Below, piece by piece: positions 1 to 9,649 of a stretch of 64,000 bases of DNA. The notes below the pieces were generated by a model. The model had not been told where the DNA came from. It searched no databases and saw only the letters and a program-made list of their open reading frames with translations. Made by a program: the position numbers and the translations under genes. The stretch is from an uncultured Eubacteriales bacterium (GTDB lineage Bacteria > Bacillota > Clostridia > TANB77 > CAG-508). Position 1 is the stretch's first letter; the number at the start of each line of letters is the position of its first letter. The DNA is taken from the NCBI GenBank assembly GCA_949840345.1, contig CATKWX010000002.1, positions 39,359-103,358 on the forward strand, written 5' to 3'.

Positions 1-1030
1 AACAGATACAGAGAAAATGGAAACAATAATGGATAATCCATACATATTGATAACAGACAAAAAAATAAGTAATATACAAGAAATATTACCAATACTAGAA
101 AACTTGATGCAACAATCAGGAAAACTTGTAATAATAGCAGATGACATAGAAGGAGAAGCATTGTCAACTTTAATATTAAACAAATTAAGAGGAGTATTAA
201 ATGTTGTTGCAGTAAAAGCACCAGGTTTTGGAGATAGAAGAAAAGAAATGTTAGAAGACATTGCTATATTAACAGGTGGAGAAGTAATAACTTCAGATTT
301 AGGATTAGACTTAAAAGAAACAACAATAGAGCAACTAGGTCAGGCAAAACAAGTAAAAATAGGAAAAGAAAATACAATAATTGTAGATGGTGCAGGAGAT
401 AAAGAAAAAATATCAGAAAGAGTAAAACAAATAAGAATACAATTAGAAGATACTAAAAGTGAATATGATAGAGAAAAACTACAAGAGAGACTTGCTAAAA
501 TAGCAGGTGGAGTTGCTGTAATAGAAGTTGGAGCTGCAACTGAAGTTGAAATGAAAGAAAAGAAATTAAGAATAGAAGATGCATTATCTGCAACAAAAGC
601 AGCAGTTGAAGAGGGAATTGTTGCAGGAGGAGGAACAGCTTTAGTTAATATAATGCCAAAAATAGAAAATTTATTAAATCAATTAGATGGAGACGAAAAA
701 TTAGGAGCAAAAATAGTATTAAGAGCATTAGAAGAACCAGTAAAACAAATTGCGATAAATGCGGGATTAGAAGGTGCTGTAATATTAGATAAAGTAAAAT
801 CAAATGTAGAGGGATTTGGATTTGATGCTTCAACAGAACAATATGTAGATATGAAAAAAGCAGGAATAGTAGACCCTACAAAAGTAACACGTTCAGCATT
901 ACAAAATGCAGCAAGTATTGCTTCAATGATACTTACAACAGAAAGTGTTGTTACAGAAAAGAAAGAAAAAAATTGTAACTGTGGCGGACACGATGCGGTG
1001 CCAGGAGCAGGAATGGAAGGAATATATTAA
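1..1030 (+). CDS. groEL: Chaperonin GroEL, 3' part (gene starts before the window)
   Basis: Motifs [33 protein letters not shown] and [18 protein letters not shown]. Confidence 0.98.
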   Translation, partial: TDTEKMETIMDNPYILITDKKISNIQEILPILENLMQQSGKLVIIADDIEGEALSTLILNKLRGVLNVVAVKAPGFGDRRKEMLEDIAILTGGEVITSDLGLDLKETTIEQLGQAKQVKIGKENTIIVDGAGDKEKISERVKQIRIQLEDTKSEYDREKLQERLAKIAGGVAVIEVGAATEVEMKEKKLRIEDALSATKAAVEEGIVAGGGTALVNIMPKIENLLNQLDGDEKLGAKIVLRALEEPVKQIAINAGLEGAVILDKVKSNVEGFGFDASTEQYVDMKKAGIVDPTKVTRSALQNAASIASMILTTESVVTEKKEKNCNCGGHDAVPGAGMEGIY

Positions 1031-1208
1031 TTAATGGCACATGGTGCCATTAATTAGTGAATAGTGAAGAATGAATAGTGAAGAATTATGGTAAAAAGAA
1101 CAAGGAAAAATTCCTTGTTCTTTTTTAGAGAATTTGAAATTATGTAGACTTTTATATAATAATATGATAAAATAAATATGTAAAAAAATTTTTGGAGGTG
1201 CTTACAAG

Positions 1209-1523
1209 ATGAAACGGCAACTAAATTACGAAGCAATACGCAACGACGCTCAAGGCAAATTGTGGAAGGTTACGGACTCAATAACCAACGAGTTCACAAC
1301 TTTCTTTGTAAGCAGTATGGGAGAAATATCATTCGAAAAGAATGTTCGTGATTTCCCATATTCTGAGATGTTGTGCGAGATTACGCGTCGGGAAGGCAGA
1401 AAATTGTGCATAAGTGTTTCAAAGGCAAATGAGGTATACAGGAAAATAATTGAAAGAACTAATATTGCCACAAAGGTACCTTATGTTGGAGTAAGTTTTC
1501 AGATGTATTATCTGAATCCTTAA
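1209..1523 (+). CDS. Orphan hypothetical protein (104 aa)
   Basis: GGAGG RBS upstream and hairpin terminator downstream; codon usage differs from core genes, with two in-frame CGG. Confidence 0.6.
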   Translation: MKRQLNYEAIRNDAQGKLWKVTDSITNEFTTFFVSSMGEISFEKNVRDFPYSEMLCEITRREGRKLCISVSKANEVYRKIIERTNIATKVPYVGVSFQMYYLNP

Positions 1524-1537
1524 TCCAGTAACACAAC

Positions 1538-1580
1538 AAAAATAATGGACCAAACTTAAAGAGTTTGGTCCATTATTTTT
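1538..1580. terminator. Bidirectional intrinsic terminator
   Basis: AAAAATAATGGACCAAACT-TAAAG-AGTTTGGTCCATTATTTTT hairpin between convergent genes. Confidence 0.8.
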
Positions 1581-1598
1581 GACTTAAGATGGCTAAAA

Positions 1599-1718
1599 CT
1601 AGCAGCATCCTCTGTCTCCACCACCACAACAGCAGCATATTAATATAACTAATATTATAATCCAACAGCAGTTATCTCCAAAACCGAAACCGCATCCACA
1701 TCCTCTTGATTCTTGCAT
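1599..1718 (-). CDS. Small Cys/Gly-rich membrane peptide, 39 aa (MQESRGCGCGFGFGDNCCWIIILVILICCCCGGGDRGCC)
   Basis: GGAGGTG RBS just upstream of ATG, one hydrophobic segment; below the ORF-track cutoff. Confidence 0.75.
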   Translation of the reverse strand: MQESRGCGCGFGFGDNCCWIIILVILICCCCGGGDRGCC

Positions 1719-1791
1719 AATTTCACCTCCTTTAAAATTTAAGTAGTTAATATTTCAAGAAAAGAAATATTAAATGAAGGTTTAATCACAC

Positions 1792-1881
1792 TTAAGCATT
1801 ACAATTATTGCCGCATCCACAGAAAAGAAGTAAGAACAAGATGATAAACCACAAGATTTCGTTATTACAACAATTTCCCAT
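1792..1881 (-). CDS. Small Cys-rich membrane peptide, 29 aa (MGNCCNNEILWFIILFLLLFCGCGNNCNA)
   Basis: AGGAGG RBS, one hydrophobic core, same layout as the neighbouring peptide. Confidence 0.75.
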   Translation of the reverse strand: MGNCCNNEILWFIILFLLLFCGCGNNCNA

Positions 1882-1977
1882 GTAAATGTACCTCCTAAAA
1901 ATTAAGTTTTGTAAAATCTTTAGTATGTTATATATTATTCTAAATATAAAAAAGTGTTACTGGGTGAAAAATAATAT

Positions 1978-2006
1978 TTGACAAATATGTAAATATGTGT
2001 TAAAAT
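1978..2006 (+). promoter_or_regulatory. SigA-type promoter of rplU
   Basis: TTGACA-N17-TAAAAT with extended TG. Confidence 0.75.
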
Positions 2007-2010
2007 AAAT

Positions 2011-2090
2011 GCCTGTAAGCCGCTTGACCAAGGTGAAAAAATACTACATATTAGTAGTTACCTAAGGTTAAAGGTTAGCGAGTATACGAA
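2011..2090 (+). ncRNA. Probable ribosomal protein L21 leader RNA
   Basis: GC-richer structured stretch between the promoter and rplU, where the Firmicute L21 leader lies; boundaries approximate. Confidence 0.6.
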
Positions 2091-2110
2091 TAAGGGAGGT
2101 GCTTTCAAAA

Positions 2111-2476
2111 ATGTACGCAATCATTGAAAGCTGTGGAAAACAATACAAAGTAGCTGAAGGAGATGTTGTATTTTTCGAAAAATTAGATACAGAAGTTGGA
2201 AAAAAGGTAACATTTGATAATGTTGTTTTAGTATCAGATGAAGGAAAAGTACAAGTTGGAAATCCTTATGTAAAAGGTATTAAAGTTGAAGGAAAAGTAG
2301 TTTCTCATGGTAAGGCAAAAAAGATAATAGTTTACAAAATGAAACCAAAAAAGAACTATAGAAGAAAACAAGGACACAGACAACCATATACAAAGGTTGA
2401 AATAACAGCAATAAAATCAACAGCAAGAAAAACAGCAGCAGCAAAAGAAGCAGAAAAAGAAACTGTAGAAGCTTAA
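2111..2476 (+). CDS. rplU: 50S ribosomal protein L21
   Basis: [14 protein letters not shown]...[11 protein letters not shown]; ATG at 2111 follows GGGAGG. Confidence 0.97.
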   Translation: MYAIIESCGKQYKVAEGDVVFFEKLDTEVGKKVTFDNVVLVSDEGKVQVGNPYVKGIKVEGKVVSHGKAKKIIVYKMKPKKNYRRKQGHRQPYTKVEITAIKSTARKTAAAKEAEKETVEA

Positions 2477-2525
2477 AATTAAAAGAGATATATAACTTTC
2501 ATAACACGAAGGGAGTGAATTTAAA

Positions 2526-2786
2526 ATGGCACATAAAAAGGGTCAAGGTAGTGTTAAGAACGGAAGAGACAGTGAGTCTAAACGTTTAGGTGTGAAAAGA
2601 GCTGATGGTCAATTTGTTCTTGCAGGAAATATATTAGTAAGACAAAGAGGAACAAAAATACATCCAGGAACAAATGTAGATATAGGTAGTGATGATACTT
2701 TATACGCATTAGTTGATGGAACAGTTAAGTTTGAAAGAAAAGGTAAAGACAAAAAGAAAGTTAGTGTTTACCCAGTTGAACAATAA
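2526..2786 (+). CDS. rpmA: 50S ribosomal protein L27
   Basis: [24 protein letters not shown]...IVRQRGT-type motif. Confidence 0.98.
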   Translation: MAHKKGQGSVKNGRDSESKRLGVKRADGQFVLAGNILVRQRGTKIHPGTNVDIGSDDTLYALVDGTVKFERKGKDKKKVSVYPVEQ

Positions 2787-2835
2787 TAATTAACAAAAAA
2801 CAGAAGGCAGAGTAAAATCTGTCTTCTGTTTTTTG

Positions 2836-3126
2836 TTAGTTTTTTTCTTTGGCAAACACGTAGATAATAGCAAATATCATTGCCAGAATAAACGGCCACC
2901 AAGTGAAATTAGCAATAAAGCCTAATAAGAATTCTACAAGGAAAAGGCACGATGTAATAAAAGCCAATATCTTAGTAATACGACCCCTCTTTTCAGTTAT
3001 GCTATGGTCCTTGTTTAAAATATGTGCAGTCAAGAAAAGAATAAGAAAAAAGATTGTGCCGATAACGCCTATTCCTCTTGCGGCTGCGATGATTCTTAAA
3101 ACTAACGATAAAATTAACATAAGCAT
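2836..3126 (-). CDS. Orphan membrane protein; likely start at MLMLILSLVL after AGGAGG
   Basis: Several hydrophobic segments; AGGAGG lies inside the longer ORF 2836..3222. Confidence 0.5.
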   Translation of the reverse strand: MLMLILSLVLRIIAAARGIGVIGTIFFLILFLTAHILNKDHSITEKRGRITKILAFITSCLFLVEFLLGFIANFTWWPFILAMIFAIIYVFAKEKN

Positions 3127-3355
3127 CCTCCTAAAAAATAAGTTAAAGTGGCGGTCTCTATATGAAACCAATGTACAGAGGAAAATCCTCCACCAATTGG
3201 TGAAAAAAGGTAACATATTCAAAATAATGAATATGAAAATAAGGTATAACTAAGTATATTATAGCATAAAACAAGCAAAATGGCAAACTTGAATAGATGT
3301 GTATAGAAAAGAGTATACTATAAAGAATAATTAATTTAGTATGGAGGTATTTTTT

Positions 3356-3496
3356 ATGAAAGAAAAGCCAAAAAAAGAATATGGAGAAGATACTACAAAA
3401 TATGGAGAATTTGTATGCTCTAATTATCATTGGCTACCTATAGAGAAGCAAAAGGAGCAAGCTGAAAGGCTAGAGAATATTACAAAGGAGAAATAA
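3356..3496 (+). CDS. Small hypothetical protein, 46 aa (MKEKPKKEYGEDTTKYGEFVCSNYHWLPIEKQKEQAERLENITKEK)
   Basis: GGAGG RBS, host-like codon usage. Confidence 0.55.
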   Translation: MKEKPKKEYGEDTTKYGEFVCSNYHWLPIEKQKEQAERLENITKEK

Positions 3497-3611
3497 ATAT
3501 TGCCCAAAAAATGTGGGGGTTATTATACAATGAAACGCAGTGCAACTTAATTGTTGCACCGCGTTTTGCCTAAAAATTCTTGTAACGTTCATAAAAATTT
3601 ATAAAAACCTA

Positions 3612-3665
3612 TTGACATAATTTTAAAATGTATTATAATTAAAACATAGGTCAAAGAAAGTCAAA
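3612..3665 (+). promoter_or_regulatory. ctsR operon promoter with CtsR box
   Basis: TTGACA(3612)...TATAAT(3634), then GGTCAAA-GAA-AGTCAAA (3649-3665), matching the CtsR heptad direct repeat. Confidence 0.85.
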
Positions 3666-3696
3666 ATCAAAAAACGAAAGGAGATGAAATGATGTA

Positions 3697-4150
3697 ATGA
3701 GAATATCAGATATGATAGAGGACTTTATAAAAGATTTATTTGAAGAAGGAGATGACTATATTGAAATTCAAAGGAATGAATTAGCAGAACATTTTAATTG
3801 TGTTCCATCGCAAATAAATTATGTTATATCTACAAGGTTTAATCCTAATCAGGGATATTATGTAGAAAGTAAAAGAGGCGGTCGGAGGGCATATTAAAAT
3901 TAAAAAAATAAATATAACAAAGAGTAATTACTTAATGCATATAATACGAAACATAGGAGAGAGAATGAGTTCTAATGAAGTAGATATTTTCATTAGTAAT
4001 TTTATGTCCTATGGAATAACAAACGAAAAGGAAGCAAAATTGTTAAAAGTTGCAACGAGTGATAATGTGCTCACGATAGAGCCAAGTATAAGAGATGAGT
4101 TAAGAGCAAAAATATTTAAAAATATGTTGTTAAATTTAATTGAAGATTAG
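3697..4150 (+). CDS. ctsR: Class III stress repressor CtsR; about 150 aa after a +1 shift at CGG 3883
   Basis: N-part has [25 protein letters not shown]; skipping C3883 gives ESKRGGGGHIKI and joins ORF 3935..4150. Confidence 0.9.
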
Positions 4151-4191
4151 AATGTAGGGGTCGGTCTTGATCGAATCAAAAAAACATTTAT

Positions 4192-4341
4192 GCAATTAAA
4201 TATAATTTTAAAAAAATCTGCCACTCCTTAAACGCGGTCTAATGTGAAAAACACGAAAATGTATCGCTACGATAATGAGGCTATCTACAGTTAAAGTTAC
4301 CAGAAGGCGGAGTTCGATTTTTTTAAAATATATTTAATTGC
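4192..4341. repeat. Intergenic element closed by a long AT-rich inverted repeat
   Basis: GCAATTAAATATAATTTTAAAAAAATC ... GATTTTTTTAAAATATATTTAATTGC around a GC-richer core. Confidence 0.6.
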
Positions 4342-4577
4342 TCATAACGAATAATTATATTGCAAACACTGTATGGTGTAGGCGGTAGATTAGCTACGAA
4401 GAAGGTTCCAAGTGAATAATGAATAATTATTTGTAGGGGCGTAATCGGTAAGGAATACCCCAAAGGAATACCAAATTACGCCCTGACCCGTGAGCAAGAC
4501 CCGTTAGTAAATAGTTAAAAGTGAATAGTGAAGAGTGAAGAGTACAAAAATCTTCGATTTTTGAAAGGGATGATTTT

Positions 4578-5141
4578 ATGAAATGTCAAAATTGTGGAGA
4601 AAATGAAGCAAATTTTAGGTATACAGAAATAATAAATGGCGTAAAAAAAGAAATTGCACTATGCGATGAGTGCAAGAAAAAATTGGGAATACAAGGTTTA
4701 GATTTTAACATACCAATAGATTTTTCTAGCTTCTTTGGAGATTTCTTAAATGAATATGATGACTCTACGTTATTTCCAATGTTATCAACTAAAAAACAAC
4801 TAAAATGCGATAATTGTGGTATGACTTATGATGAATTTATGAAGGAAGGAAAATTTGGTTGTAGTAATTGCTATAATGTATTTGATTCAAAAATAGAACC
4901 AATTCTAAAGAGAATACACGGAGAAAGTAAATATTTAGGAAGAAAAGGTAAAATTCCTAAGGCTAATAATAAAGGAAATGATACTGTAGGGAACGACGCC
5001 CCCGTCGTTCCGCCAGCTAATCCAAGCAATACCACAGATATAACAGAACTAAAAAAAGAACTTAAAAAATTAATTAAAGAAGAGAAGTATGAAGAGGCGG
5101 CAGTTCTTAGAGACAAAATAAAACAATTGGAGCAACAATAA
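4578..5141 (+). CDS. mcsA: McsA, activator of the protein arginine kinase
   Basis: Four CxxC motifs, C-terminal UVR domain (EEKYEEAAVLRDKI), operon context. Confidence 0.93.
   Translation: MKCQNCGENEANFRYTEIINGVKKEIALCDECKKKLGIQGLDFNIPIDFSSFFGDFLNEYDDSTLFPMLSTKKQLKCDNCGMTYDEFMKEGKFGCSNCYNVFDSKIEPILKRIHGESKYLGRKGKIPKANNKGNDTVGNDAPVVPPANPSNTTDITELKKELKKLIKEEKYEEAAVLRDKIKQLEQQ
4986..5012 (+). repeat. REP-like hairpin in frame within mcsA
   Basis: GTAGGGAACGACGCCCCCGTCGTTCCG, nearly identical to the intergenic copy at 5159-5185; encodes VGNDAPVVP. Confidence 0.85.
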
Positions 5142-5226
5142 AACCTGCCATAAACGTTGTAGGGAACGACGCCCTCGTCGTTCCGTGCTTCGAAGGCTAA
5201 TTCGATTTTTGAAAGGAGAAACAAAT

Positions 5227-6243
5227 ATGGTAAATTGGTATTTACAAAATGGTAAAGAATCAGACATAGTAGTAAGTAGTAGAATTAGATTAGCAAGGAA
5301 TTTAAATGATATTCCATTTACAAAAAAATATAAAAATAAAGATGCATTAAAGATAATAGATAAATTAGAAGAAGTATTACCGAGTATCGGATATGGTTTA
5401 AAGCTATTAAAAATGAAAGATATAGATGATATTACAATTATGAGTCTTATAGAAAAACATATAATAAGTCCAGATTTTGCACTAAATAAAAACGAAATAA
5501 GAGCAATTGCAATAAACGAAGATGAGAATATATGTATAATGATAAATGAAGAAGATCATTTAAGAATACAAGTATTTTCTGCAGGACTTGAACTAGAGGC
5601 ACTATTAAATTTAATAACTGAAATAGATAAAAAGCTAGAAAGTAAATTAAATTATGCATATAGCGAAAAATACGGATTCTTAACTAGTTGCCCAACTAAC
5701 GTAGGAACAGGACTTAGAGCTTCTGTTATGGTCCATTTACCAGCACTAACTATAACTAGAAATATAAATAAGGTATTAGAAGTTGTAAGTGATTTTGGAA
5801 TGAATATAAGAGGTATATATGGGGAAGGAACAAAAACAAAAGGAAATATGTATCAAGTTTCTAATAAGCAAACACTAGGAATGTCTGAAACTGAAATTAT
5901 AAAGAATCTAAAATTAATTACAGAAAAAATAATAGAACAAGAAAGACTTGCAAGAAAGTATTTAACAAAAAATAGTATTGAGCTAGAAGATAAAGTTTAT
6001 AGAGCATATGGAATATTATCAAATTGCAAGAAAATATCGTCAGAAGAGTGCAATAAATTATTATCAGATATAAAATTAGGTACAGATTTAGGCATAATAC
6101 AAGAATTGACAGATTTAAAGGTAAATGAATTAGAAATATATACAATGCCTGCGAATTTGCAGAAATATATAGGGGAAGTATGCGACGAATATACCCGAGA
6201 CATAAAACGTGCAGAGGTAATAAAGAAAATAATAAATGAATAG
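5227..6243 (+). CDS. mcsB: Protein arginine kinase McsB
   Basis: SSRIRLARN, NEEDHLRIQ, LTSCPTNVGTGLRASVMVHLPAL; ATG at 5227 after GAAAGGAG. Confidence 0.96.
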   Translation: MVNWYLQNGKESDIVVSSRIRLARNLNDIPFTKKYKNKDALKIIDKLEEVLPSIGYGLKLLKMKDIDDITIMSLIEKHIISPDFALNKNEIRAIAINEDENICIMINEEDHLRIQVFSAGLELEALLNLITEIDKKLESKLNYAYSEKYGFLTSCPTNVGTGLRASVMVHLPALTITRNINKVLEVVSDFGMNIRGIYGEGTKTKGNMYQVSNKQTLGMSETEIIKNLKLITEKIIEQERLARKYLTKNSIELEDKVYRAYGILSNCKKISSEECNKLLSDIKLGTDLGIIQELTDLKVNELEIYTMPANLQKYIGEVCDEYTRDIKRAEVIKKIINE

Positions 6244-6255
6244 GAGGTTGATTTT

Positions 6256-8718
6256 ATGTCATATAAATTTACAAGTAGCGCCGAGAGGGTGCTAGAAATT
6301 GCAAATGATATTGCGTTAGAACTAGGACACAACTATGTTGGAACAGAACATATTTTATATGGATTAGCCAAAGAAGAAAGAGGTGTTGCAAGTAAAGTTT
6401 TAGAAAAACAAGGAGTAACACCTGATACAGTTGTAGAAAAAATAGAAGAGCTTGTAGGACGTGAAGATACAGTTGCAGAAAGCACTGTAGGATTTACTCC
6501 GAGAACAAAAAGAGTAATGGAAAATGCTTTTCGCGAAAGTAAAAAGATGGGTTCAGACTACATAGGAACAGAGCATTTATTAATAGGAATTATGAGAGAA
6601 GGAGATAGCATAGCTGTTAGAATAATGCTAGAGCTAGAAGTAAATCCACAAAAACTATATAATGAAATAGTAAAGGTAGTAAATGAATATGATAATAATT
6701 CTACTGGCGAAACAGAAACAAATACAAAAGTAAATACAAGCTATAATTCTACACAAACTTTAAACCAATTTGGAAGTGATTTAACAAAACTTGCTGAAAG
6801 CGGAAAACTAGACCCAGTAATAGGTAGAAAAGATGAAATAGAAAGAGTAATACAAATATTATCGAGAAGAACAAAGAATAATCCTTGTTTGATAGGTGAG
6901 CCAGGAGTTGGAAAAACAGCTGTTGTAGAAGGATTAGCACAAAAAATAGTTTCTGGAGATGTTCCAGAAATATTGAAAAATAAAAGAGTAGTATCTATGG
7001 ATATATCTTCAATGGTAGCAGGTGCAAAGTATAGAGGAGATTTTGAAGAGAGAATAAAAAAATCTTTAAATGAAGTAAAAAAGGCTGGAGATGTAATTTT
7101 ATTCATAGATGAAATTCATACAATAGTTGGTGCAGGAGCTGCAGAAGGGGCAATAGATGCAGCTAATATAATGAAGCCATTACTTGCAAGAGGAGAAATT
7201 CAAGTAGTTGGTGCAACAACTTTAAACGAATATAGAAAATATATAGAAAAAGATGCAGCCTTAGAAAGAAGATTTCAACCCATTACAGTAAATGAGCCTA
7301 CTTTAGATGATAGTATACAAATATTAAAGGGAATTAGAGATAAATACGAAGCTCATCACAATGTAAAAATTTCAGACGAAGCAATTGAGGCAGCTGTAAA
7401 TCTTTCAAGTAGATATATAAACGATAGATTTTTGCCAGATAAGGCAATAGATTTAATAGATGAGGCATCTTCTAAAATTAGACTAAGAGCATATACAGAG
7501 CCAGAAAGTATAAAGAAAATAGAAGAGGATTTAAGCAATACTAAAAAAGAAAAAGAAGAAGCCATAACAATTCAAGACTTTGAAAAGGCAGCTAATTTAA
7601 GAGATAAAGAGCATACTTTAAAAGCTGAGTTAGAAAAACAAAAAGCAAAATGGAAAGATAAAAATACAAAAAATATTATAAATATAACTTCAGAAGATAT
7701 TGCAGATGTTATTGCTATGTGGACAGGAATTCCAGCACAGAAAATTAATCAAAGCGAAAATGAGAAATTAAAGAAATTAGAAGAAACCTTGCATAAGAGA
7801 GTTGTGGGTCAAGTAGAAGCGGTAACAGCAGTTGCAAAAGCAATAAGAAGAGGTAGAGTTGGTTTAAAAGACCCAAAGCGCCCAATAGGCTCATTCCTTT
7901 TCCTAGGACCTACTGGTGTAGGCAAAACAGAGTTATCTAAGGCACTTGCGGAAAGCTTATTTGGAGACGAAAACGCCATAATTAGAGTAGATATGTCTGA
8001 ATATATGGAGTCACATTCTACTTCTAAAATGATAGGCTCACCTCCAGGATATGTTGGATTTGATGAAGGTGGAGGCTTAACAGAGAAGGTCAGAAGAAAA
8101 CCATATTCAGTAATATTATTTGATGAAATAGAAAAAGCACATCCAGATGTAATGAATATGTTACTTCAAATACTAGAAGACGGAAGACTTACAGATTCAC
8201 ACGGAAGAACAGTTAATTTCAAAAACACAGTAATTATAATGACATCAAATGTAGGAGCAAGATTAATTACAGATAAGAAAACATTAGGATTTACAAGTAA
8301 TTTAGGAGATACAGATTCTGCCGAAAAAGAATATGAGGCAATAAAGAAAGAAGTATTAGCAGAATTAAAGAAACAATTTAGACCAGAATTTATAAATCGT
8401 GTAGACGAGGTAATAGTATTCCACAAATTGACCAAAACTGACCTTGGAGAAATTGTTGATATAATGCTAAAACAAGTAAAAGAAAGATTACTAGACCAAG
8501 GAATGACAATAGATGTAGATAGTTTGGCAAAAGACTTAATAATAAAAAAAGGCACAGACGAAAACTTTGGTGCAAGACCATTAAGAAGAGCAATACAAAG
8601 CATATTAGAAGATAAACTAGCAGAAGAAATACTAGATGGAAATATAAAGCCGGGAGATAAGGCAAAAGTAACGGCCAAAGATGAGGAGATTCTGGTAAAA
8701 GTAAAAGCAAAGAAATAA
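6256..8718 (+). CDS. clpC: ATP-dependent Clp protease ATPase subunit ClpC
   Basis: Clp-N repeats, two Walker A motifs (GEPGVGKT, GPTGVGKT), UVR middle domain. Confidence 0.97.
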   Translation: MSYKFTSSAERVLEIANDIALELGHNYVGTEHILYGLAKEERGVASKVLEKQGVTPDTVVEKIEELVGREDTVAESTVGFTPRTKRVMENAFRESKKMGSDYIGTEHLLIGIMREGDSIAVRIMLELEVNPQKLYNEIVKVVNEYDNNSTGETETNTKVNTSYNSTQTLNQFGSDLTKLAESGKLDPVIGRKDEIERVIQILSRRTKNNPCLIGEPGVGKTAVVEGLAQKIVSGDVPEILKNKRVVSMDISSMVAGAKYRGDFEERIKKSLNEVKKAGDVILFIDEIHTIVGAGAAEGAIDAANIMKPLLARGEIQVVGATTLNEYRKYIEKDAALERRFQPITVNEPTLDDSIQILKGIRDKYEAHHNVKISDEAIEAAVNLSSRYINDRFLPDKAIDLIDEASSKIRLRAYTEPESIKKIEEDLSNTKKEKEEAITIQDFEKAANLRDKEHTLKAELEKQKAKWKDKNTKNIINITSEDIADVIAMWTGIPAQKINQSENEKLKKLEETLHKRVVGQVEAVTAVAKAIRRGRVGLKDPKRPIGSFLFLGPTGVGKTELSKALAESLFGDENAIIRVDMSEYMESHSTSKMIGSPPGYVGFDEGGGLTEKVRRKPYSVILFDEIEKAHPDVMNMLLQILEDGRLTDSHGRTVNFKNTVIIMTSNVGARLITDKKTLGFTSNLGDTDSAEKEYEAIKKEVLAELKKQFRPEFINRVDEVIVFHKLTKTDLGEIVDIMLKQVKERLLDQGMTIDVDSLAKDLIIKKGTDENFGARPLRRAIQSILEDKLAEEILDGNIKPGDKAKVTAKDEEILVKVKAKK

Positions 8719-8796
8719 TAGAAAAAATACAGCTATAAAAATAACTATAGCTGTATTTTTTTGATTATTCTTCTTCCAGAAAATTAAAATCCTCAC

Positions 8797-8876
8797 ACAG
8801 GGTTTACGTGTATAATTGCATTAGATACATTATCTAAATTTAAAATATCTTTTTCTAAATTATCTGCTAAATCGTG
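8797..8876. repeat. 80-bp direct repeat, copy 1 (duplicate of the CDF gene 3' end)
   Basis: Matches 11123-11202 with two mismatches. Confidence 0.9.
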
Positions 8877-9076
8877 AATAGAGAATTGACAAAAATTTAG
8901 CTATTTTGTTTAATTGCGTCGAATATTGACGAACAAATTTTCTTGAACTTAATTTTAAAACATGATATAATAAAATTGTCATGGTTATGACAAAAGTGGA
9001 CTTGTAATTGCATTTAATTATGTTTTTCTCAAGTTCATAGAGTGTAAGCTTAATAATTAATATGGAGGTTTTTCTT

Positions 9077-9583
9077 ATGAAAATTACTAAACGGATCTTA
9101 TCTATTGTCTTGGCACTTTGTTTCTGTATAATTGGTACAACTTCTGTATCAGCGGCAGAAACGGAAACGGCAATTTTTGATTTGCCTGACGACGCTATTA
9201 TCCTTTATCAAGATGCGGATACAGTTATGTATCAATCTAAATCAGAGTCCGACAGCTTTAATATGATAAACAGCGCAAGAACGCCTGTTGATTATGAAAG
9301 CGTTTGGCTTAATAAGTCAAAATCGGGTTCTTTTCGCATTTATAATTCTCGAAACGGCAAAGTGGGAATAACATGGAAAGTTGAATCTAATTCCAACGAT
9401 TCCCATGCACAAATTTATATGACGAATTCATATGGACTCGTGGTACTTGCCACATATGATGTTCACCCGTCTGATGGAGATGTCTTCTTCAGAACTACTG
9501 GGGCAAAGGGCTATTATACATTAAATTATATAGCTGAAACCACAGTTGGTATGCGCATAATGTGTTGGATGTACGACATCTGA
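9077..9583 (+). CDS. Putative secreted protein with atypical codon usage
   Basis: Signal peptide MKITKRILSIVLALCFCIIGTTSVSA; GGAGG RBS; GC-richer than flanks. Confidence 0.75.
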   Translation: MKITKRILSIVLALCFCIIGTTSVSAAETETAIFDLPDDAIILYQDADTVMYQSKSESDSFNMINSARTPVDYESVWLNKSKSGSFRIYNSRNGKVGITWKVESNSNDSHAQIYMTNSYGLVVLATYDVHPSDGDVFFRTTGAKGYYTLNYIAETTVGMRIMCWMYDI

Positions 9584-9649
9584 TAATTTAATTTAAACTA
9601 TAGCTTACACTCGGAAACCAGGCACATTTTATATGTGTCTGGCTCTCTT

